Positions 58,185-64,000 of a stretch of DNA of 64,000 nt are shown here, piece after piece. This DNA comes from an uncultured delta proteobacterium (GTDB lineage: Bacteria > Desulfobacterota > Binatia > Binatales > Binataceae). The stretch lies in NCBI GenBank assembly GCA_963808235.1, contig CAWEEQ010000004.1:2240001-2304000 (forward strand), read 5' to 3'. The notes below the pieces were generated by a model. That model worked only from the letters and a program-made list of their open reading frames with translations, was not told the origin of the DNA and made no database searches. Each line of letters starts with the position of its first letter. The first letter of the stretch is position 1. The position numbers were made by a program, and so were the translations under genes.

Positions 58185-58961
58185 TCACAAAAGTATAGAC
58201 GTAAGGAAGTAATCCCATGCAAGAATCAGCACGCTCGAAAGCACCACCGCCTCGGTGGTGGCGCGGCTAACCCCGGTCGCCATCCGTTCTGCGTGGTATC
58301 CCTTGTAGCAACAGACCCACATTACAACCACGCCGAAGACCAGCGCCTTGTAGAGACCGGTCATGATGTCGTGGCCGCTCATGTTCGCCGCGATGCCATT
58401 GAAGTACGCCCCCGATGGCGCTCCCATCAGGCCGACCCCGACCGCATAGCCGCCCCAGATTCCGATCACGTCGAAGATGGCGGTCAAGAGCGGAAAACTT
58501 ATGATGCCCGCCAGCATGCGCGGCGAGATCAAGTATTGAACCGGGTTGATCGCCATCACGGTCAGCGCATCGATTTGCTCGGTCGATTGCATCGAGCCGA
58601 GCTCCGCCGCCATCGCGGAGCCGGCGCGCGCCGCGATCATGAGCGCGGCGAGCACGGGACCAAGCTCACGCACCAGGACCAGGGCGACCACGGTGCCGAG
58701 CGCTCCGTCAGAGCCAAAGCGCCGGAGCGTGTTGTAGCCCTGTAAGCCCAGCACCATTCCAGTGAAAGCGCCGATCAGGATGATCAGGAACAGCGAATCG
58801 GCGCCGATGATCCTGATTTGACGGATCCACAAGCGCGGCTTGAACGGCGGGACAAATGTATAAAAGACCGCGCCGAGCAGAAAAATTACAAAATTGCCGA
58901 GCTGGACAACGCCGTCCAGGACCCGAGCCCCAAGCTGCTCAATCATTTCCACGATCGACAT
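58185..58961 (-). CDS. mlaE: MlaE ABC permease
   Basis: RELGPVL, GSAMAAELGSM..TEQIDAL, GVSRATTEAVV. Confidence 0.93.
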   Translation of the reverse strand: MSIVEMIEQLGARVLDGVVQLGNFVIFLLGAVFYTFVPPFKPRLWIRQIRIIGADSLFLIILIGAFTGMVLGLQGYNTLRRFGSDGALGTVVALVLVRELGPVLAALMIAARAGSAMAAELGSMQSTEQIDALTVMAINPVQYLISPRMLAGIISFPLLTAIFDVIGIWGGYAVGVGLMGAPSGAYFNGIAANMSGHDIMTGLYKALVFGVVVMWVCCYKGYHAERMATGVSRATTEAVVLSSVLILAWDYFLTSILL

Positions 58962-58973
58962 CGGTCTGGTTTT

Positions 58974-59624
58974 TTAATGATGAGCAATCCCGAGCCGGGC
59001 CAGCTGATTGTGAGTATGCGTGTGCGATCCTGCACGCTCGAATTCGGCGAGATCCGCGACGACGTCAAGGTCAAGCGCCGGTCGTGCAAGTCGCAGCACT
59101 GTAGCGGGAACATCGGTCGTTCGGCAATCGTCCAGATGCCGCACCAGGCTCATCCGTCCGAACCGCGTCGCGACCGCGTCGGCCGGCGCCCGGCAGATCA
59201 CGTTGGTGCCGGAGAAATCGCGCGACGGGACCAGCACCACGCCGCGGTCGGACCTGGACGGCATCGCGGCGAACACGGCGTCGATATCCTCTGCGGTAAT
59301 GAGCGGGATGTCGGATAGCACGGTGCAAACGATGGAGGCGCCCTGGTCGATCAGCGCGGAGGTCGCAAGCGCGACGGCGGCGTTGAGCCCGCGCGGAAAT
59401 TCCTCGTCGATGGTCAGCGCTTGCGCCGAGCGCGCCAGCTCGAGCAGCGCCGCATCGGAGGTCACCACGGCAACGTGATCGGCGGCGCGGGCGGATGACG
59501 ATGCGGCCAGTACGTCACGGAACATTGCCTCGGCTAGCGCACGACGCTCAGTCGGCGCAAATGCGCCCGCGAGCCTCGTCTTGGCAAATTCGAGCTGCTT
59601 GGCAGCGATAAGGATGACCCGCAC
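58974..59624 (-). CDS. cofC: 2-phospho-L-lactate/PEP guanylyltransferase (F420 biosynthesis)
   Basis: K..AKTRL, AMFRDV, GLNAA, DIP, GTN, LDLDVVADL. Confidence 0.85.
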   Translation of the reverse strand: MRVILIAAKQLEFAKTRLAGAFAPTERRALAEAMFRDVLAASSSARAADHVAVVTSDAALLELARSAQALTIDEEFPRGLNAAVALATSALIDQGASIVCTVLSDIPLITAEDIDAVFAAMPSRSDRGVVLVPSRDFSGTNVICRAPADAVATRFGRMSLVRHLDDCRTTDVPATVLRLARPALDLDVVADLAEFERAGSHTHTHNQLARLGIAHH

Positions 59625-59880
59625 GGCGTATGTTTATAACCTATCGCGCCCGCTTCTATCCAACGACGGAAGCCTGCATTGATCTTGCCTGCTTCGTCCT
59701 TCATTGGTACATGCCACAGGCCACGCGACCGGCGCAAAACCATGGAGTCAGGTGCAGACTTGACAGTGTTTCCGTGTACGTCTCAACATAAAAGCTGGAG
59801 CCGTTATCGCTAGCGTCGTTTGTGCTCGTCGCCGGCCGCTATTGAGCGAAGACCCGATTTCCCGGAGGGGACTATACCTG

Positions 59881-60783
59881 ATGAACAAGAAGCCCTATTT
59901 CGAGAGCCGGAAAACAAGTGTGTGGTCGTGGGCCGGAGCCCTGCTTGCGGCCGGCGCGATAAGCCTGATCGTTGCCGGATGCCATCGCAAGACCGCCGAT
60001 GACTATCTGGCCGAAGGCGACGCCGACATGCAGGCGACGAAACTCCCCGACGCGGAGAAAGCGTACCAGGAGGCGGTCAAGCTGGCGCCGACCGATCCGC
60101 GAACACATATCGCGTTAGGCAACCTTTACGTTTTTGAACATAAGCCCGCCGACGCGCAGATCGAGTTCATGACCGTGCTCGAGTCCGATCCGAAAAACGC
60201 CGCGACTCACGTGGCGCTCGGCAACCTGTACGGCGATCAGAACCAGCTCGGGCTGGCGGAAAATCAATTCCGCGCGGCGGTCGCGCTGGAACCCGATCGT
60301 CCGAACTACCATCTCGATCTCGGCGAAGCGCTGCGCAAAGAGGGCAAGACGTTGCCCGCGGAAGATCAAATCCGCACCGCAATCGGACTCAATCCAAAAG
60401 ACGCGCAGGCGCATCTGGCGCTGGCAAATCTGCTCGCGAGCGCTCCAGGCCGCTCGGCTGAGGCCAACGCCGAGTTCGACCAGGTGCGAGCGCTCGACGC
60501 GAAGCTGGCACCCGCGCCAGTTAGTACCGCTTCGGCAGCGCCGGAGGCAGGCGCCACTGCCGCGACGGCGCCGGCTGGTCCGCCTCAAGTCAAGCCGCTC
60601 AACAAGCTCTTCGTGCTGACAAAGAATTCTCCGGTCTACCAGAATCCCGACGAGACCAGTTCCACGATCGGAGAAGTGCGCCGCAAGAAATATGTTCACG
60701 TGACCGGAATCGCAGGCAACTTTCTGCAAATCAAACTGAAAAACGGCACCATCGGTTTCATACCGGTGGCCGCAGCGGAGTAG
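59881..60783 (+). CDS. TPR-repeat lipoprotein with C-terminal SH3b-like domain
   Basis: VAGC lipobox, several TPRs (HIALGNLY), C-terminal VYQNPDETSS..GTIGFI. Confidence 0.8.
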   Translation: MNKKPYFESRKTSVWSWAGALLAAGAISLIVAGCHRKTADDYLAEGDADMQATKLPDAEKAYQEAVKLAPTDPRTHIALGNLYVFEHKPADAQIEFMTVLESDPKNAATHVALGNLYGDQNQLGLAENQFRAAVALEPDRPNYHLDLGEALRKEGKTLPAEDQIRTAIGLNPKDAQAHLALANLLASAPGRSAEANAEFDQVRALDAKLAPAPVSTASAAPEAGATAATAPAGPPQVKPLNKLFVLTKNSPVYQNPDETSSTIGEVRRKKYVHVTGIAGNFLQIKLKNGTIGFIPVAAAE

Positions 60784-60828
60784 CGCTCGCGGACTGGTCC
60801 TGAATTTTAATTTTCGAGGTGGACAGCG

Positions 60829-61538
60829 ATGGCGAATGAAGACGTCGTCAGCCGTGAAGTGACCTATCCTGGCCGCGCGTGCGCCATGAAAGCATTTGTG
60901 GTCGAGCCCGCCAAAACGACGGCGCGCGTCCGGCGGTAATCGTGGTCCAGGAATGGTGGGGACTGAATGAACATATCCGCGACGTCGCGCGGCGCCTGGC
61001 GCGCGAAGGATATTTTACGATCGCGCCGGACCTGTACTCGCGCCAGGGGCACAAGGTTGCGACCGAGCCGAACCTCGCTGCGCAGCTCATGGGCGGGCTC
61101 AAGAAGGAAAACGGTATCGCGGATCTGCAGACCACGATCGAATGGCTGCGCGCACAGAAACAAGCCCAATCGGCGCGAATCGGCATCACCGGATTCTGCA
61201 TGGGCGGCAGCTACGCGACGCTGCTGCCGTGCGAGAGCCGCGAAATTTCTGCGGCAGCGCCGTTTTACGGCGAAATTCCTTCCGATGACAAACTTCAGAA
61301 TCTCGGCTGCCCGATCTTTTATGCCTACGGAGAGAACGACGGCTGGATTCAGCGGATAGACGTCGATCGATTGGCGGGCGCGCTGAAGGAGTTCGACAAG
61401 CGCGGCGAGGTCAAAGTCTACAAGGGATGCTCGCATGGATTCTTCAACGACACTCGCCCTGACGTCTATCGTGCCGCCGAGGCAAAGGATGCGTGGGCGC
61501 ACACGCTCAAGCTGTTCGCCGAAAATTTGAAGGCGTAA
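60829..61538 (+). pseudogene. dienelactone hydrolase family gene with a frameshift near 60913-60916
   Basis: GAGGTGG RBS + MANEDVVSREVTYPG..MKAFV in one frame; PAVIVVQEWWG, GFCMGG, HGFFND in another. Confidence 0.75.
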
Positions 61539-61574
61539 TCCGCTGCACACCTTGCTGGCGCGCTAACTTCTTTG

Positions 61575-61645
61575 TGTCATTCTGAGCGCAGCGAAGAAAC
61601 CCGAATCTTTCTCGGCGCAGAACACTTCGACTCACTGAGGGCATG
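61575..61645. repeat. degenerate REP-like palindromic element
   Basis: TGTCATTCTGAGCGCAGCGAAGAA left arm with decayed partner CTTCGACTCACTGAGGGCAT, between convergent genes. Confidence 0.4.
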
Positions 61646-61666
61646 CGAAGCCGAGTTGCTCCGAAT

Positions 61667-63556
61667 TCAATCGATTCCCAGCAGCGCCGGATCGAGGTCC
61701 GGAGCGCTCAGATAGACGAGTCGCCCCTCGTCGGACGGGCGCTCCCGGAGCCATCGTGCGACGATGCTCATAGCCTCCAGCTCTCCGCGCTCGACGGGCT
61801 TCAGGTTGAATCGCTCGTAGTTGTTCGCGACGAACGCCGCGACTTCTTGCGCCGCGCCCGCGCCGTCCAACTTCCGCGTCATCGCGAGTCGCCCAGCCAG
61901 CACCACGTGCGCCGCGCGATCGCCATTCTCACCGGTGACTATCGCCAGGTTGTTTTCCGTGACCACCTGGCTAAGACGAGTCGCGCGATGAGCGAGCGTG
62001 GTCAGCGCTTCGAGATCGCGGCGGAACCGCCCCGCCTCCTCGAAGCGCATCGCGGCGGCCGCATGGTCGCGTGCTCTCGCCATCTCGCCGAGGAGCGGGC
62101 CAGCGCGCCCGCGCAGAAATCCGACCGCGCGCCGTACTCTCTCGCCATACGCGTCGACGCCGATGCTCACATTGCACGGCGCCGTGCAGTGACCCATCTG
62201 CCCATAGATGCACGGTGAAAAGTCTTCATGCGGTTTGAGCCTTCCCGAGCAAGTACGAAGCCCGAGGATTCGCGACAGCGCGCGAACAGAGTGATCGAGG
62301 CTCCGCCGTCCGATGAACGGCCCAAGATGCATCACGCCGCGCCGCGTGGTCATCTTGGTCGAGGTCGTCACGCGCGGAAACTCGTCCATCATGTCGAGCT
62401 TGATAAAATACGCCGGCGCCGCCGACTTGAGCTGCCGGTTGAACGGCGGCTTGAGCTCGCGGATGAGCCGCGCTTCGTCGAGCGCCGCCTCGAGCGCCGA
62501 GCGCGTCGTCCGCGTCTCGATCTTGTACACGTGCGAGATTAGGTCGGCCGTCTTGGCGCTCACCGACGCTGAGAAGTACGACCCCACCCGCTCCCTGAGC
62601 CGTCGCGCCTTCCCGATATAGAGTAGGTCGCCGCGCTCATTGCGCATCAGGTACACGCCGGGCGCGAGCGGAAGTGCCACCACCTCCTCTGGCGTGACGT
62701 GACGCTCGATTCGCCGGCCCGCGATTCCGCGATGATGGTCGTCGAGCAGCCGATCGAGCCGCGTGATTCCCATCTTCTCCGCGATGTCGATAAAAATCGA
62801 AAGTATCTCCGCCGCCATCCGCGCGTCGCCGAGTCCGCGATGCCGCCCGTCGAGCGACAGCCCGAAGTGACCCGCGAGCAAGTCGAGGCGCCGGCGCTTG
62901 AGGGACGGCATGTAGCGCCGCGACATCCGGAGCGTGCACAGAACCGGATTGGCGAGGCCGATTCCGAAGATGCGCCGGAATTCGAAGTTGAGAAAGCCGA
63001 AGTCGAACGCTGCGTTGTGCGCGACCATCACGCGGTCGCCCATGAAGTCGCGAAACGCGGGCAACACCTCTTCAATAGGTGGCGCCTCGCGAACCATCTC
63101 GGTGGTGATCGACGTGAGCCCCGTGATAAATCGCGGCACCACTCCGCCCTGCGGACGCACTAGGGTCTGGAATGATTCGGTCAGCCTCCGTCCGACCATC
63201 CGGTATGCGCCGATCTCGATAATGTTGCCGGGACCAGCGCGTCCGCCGGTGGTTTCCAGGTCAACGACGGTGAACTCTGCCTCGCTCAGCGGGACGCGCA
63301 GCCGATCGCTCTGCCGCAGCCGCCACTGTGCGTTCTCGGAATCGAAAGCGAAATTAGGATCGCCGGCCAGGATTTGCGCAACGATCCGCGCGCCCAACTC
63401 GGGATCCGAGCCCGCGCCGCTAAAGAGAAGATCGACCAATTCTCCGGCGTCGGCGCCCGCCGGCCGCGAGCACAGAAACTGGTAGAGCTTCTGCTTCGTC
63501 GAAACCCCAAAATCGCGATGATTCCCGCCCGGAACTATCCCTTCTTCCACCGCCAA
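61667..63556 (-). CDS. DEDDh exonuclease fused to GIY-YIG/UVR (UvrC N-terminal, Cho-like) domains
   Basis: VDLETTG, HNAAFD, HRGLGDA; GVYLM..LYIGKA; Cys cluster; MRFEEAGRFR UVR motif. Confidence 0.88.
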   Translation of the reverse strand: MAVEEGIVPGGNHRDFGVSTKQKLYQFLCSRPAGADAGELVDLLFSGAGSDPELGARIVAQILAGDPNFAFDSENAQWRLRQSDRLRVPLSEAEFTVVDLETTGGRAGPGNIIEIGAYRMVGRRLTESFQTLVRPQGGVVPRFITGLTSITTEMVREAPPIEEVLPAFRDFMGDRVMVAHNAAFDFGFLNFEFRRIFGIGLANPVLCTLRMSRRYMPSLKRRRLDLLAGHFGLSLDGRHRGLGDARMAAEILSIFIDIAEKMGITRLDRLLDDHHRGIAGRRIERHVTPEEVVALPLAPGVYLMRNERGDLLYIGKARRLRERVGSYFSASVSAKTADLISHVYKIETRTTRSALEAALDEARLIRELKPPFNRQLKSAAPAYFIKLDMMDEFPRVTTSTKMTTRRGVMHLGPFIGRRSLDHSVRALSRILGLRTCSGRLKPHEDFSPCIYGQMGHCTAPCNVSIGVDAYGERVRRAVGFLRGRAGPLLGEMARARDHAAAAMRFEEAGRFRRDLEALTTLAHRATRLSQVVTENNLAIVTGENGDRAAHVVLAGRLAMTRKLDGAGAAQEVAAFVANNYERFNLKPVERGELEAMSIVARWLRERPSDEGRLVYLSAPDLDPALLGID

Positions 63557-63657
63557 CTCCCCTTCGTCCTTTGTTCGCTTTAGCAGGGACTGCGCGTCTC
63601 GGCAATGTCTTTCGGCAACGTCCGCCGCATCGCGAATCGTGTATAAGTGACGATTCG

Positions 63658-64000
63658 ATGCGTACCGATAGCGACGAACTCGCCCGTTACGTCACGGCGG
63701 AACTTCGCCGTCTTGCCGATCCCGCGAAAGCGCCGGCGATGGCGGCCTACATGAAAACCGCGCAAGCGTTCTACGGCGTGCAGACTCCAGCTCGCGCCAT
63801 CATCATGCGCGAGACTCGCGATCGATTCGTGCCGAACGCCGATAAATCGTACCAACGCAATGTACTCGCACTATGGAAGCTGCCCCATCGCGAGGAGCAA
63901 TACTGCGCGATCGCGTATGCGCGGCAGCATCCGCGATTTACCACGCCGGCCGCACTCCCGCTCTACGAGCGCATGATCCGCGAAGGAGCGTGGTGGGACT
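63658..64000 (+). CDS. DNA alkylation repair protein (AlkD-like), 3'-partial
   Basis: hand translation MRTDSDELARYVTAELRRLADPAKAPAMAAYMKTAQAFYGVQTP...HREEQYCA...AWWD. Confidence 0.8.
   Translation, partial: MRTDSDELARYVTAELRRLADPAKAPAMAAYMKTAQAFYGVQTPARAIIMRETRDRFVPNADKSYQRNVLALWKLPHREEQYCAIAYARQHPRFTTPAALPLYERMIREGAWWD

Noticed and set aside
1-64000. CRISPR array, rRNA, IS transposase, integron integrase/attC
   Set aside because: No regularly spaced repeat-spacer units or recognisable motifs seen by eye

Overview
High-GC bacterial chromosome segment. The gene style (many amidohydrolase/LLM/F420 genes, sigma54 promoters, small HTH_17 protein) is reminiscent of Ca. Binatota or a deltaproteobacterial-like soil lineage; this is an inference. 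Left arm (1-14.7 kb): RND pump, methyltransferase, amidohydrolase, Flp pilin, carotenoid-oxygenase-family protein, racemase, ppa, cardiolipin synthase, FAD monooxygenase, MFS. Right arm (40.5-64 kb): core-like genes (RNase II-like, rnhB, pdhABC-lpdA-lipB-lipA, mla operon preceded by cofC, DEDDh/GIY-YIG repair protein, AlkD-like). Centre: an intact minus-strand tRNA-Leu(UAA) at 40372-40459 and two displaced 56-bp copies of its 3' half (23935-23990, 14717-14772), which delimit two tandem islands with no integrase in view. Both copies are flanked by related AT-rich, arm-like repeats. The distal island (14.8-23.9 kb) carries a putative sigma54-driven operon: porin, two small c cytochromes, GltD/DsrL-like NAD(P)-flavoprotein, Rieske, cytochrome b, tetraheme c and mono-heme c, a candidate envelope-spanning electron-transfer system. 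The proximal island (24-40.4 kb) carries a TetR-Rieske oxygenase unit and a phosphoketolase/acetate kinase/tandem P3A H+-ATPase module, and decays into pseudogenes next to the tRNA. A second candidate novel unit at 45.3-46.2 kb comprises a sigma54 promoter, four direct repeats, a BldC/Xis-like HTH gene, a structured G-rich RNA candidate and a small secreted-type ORF. All calls are by eye from motifs; no searches were run.
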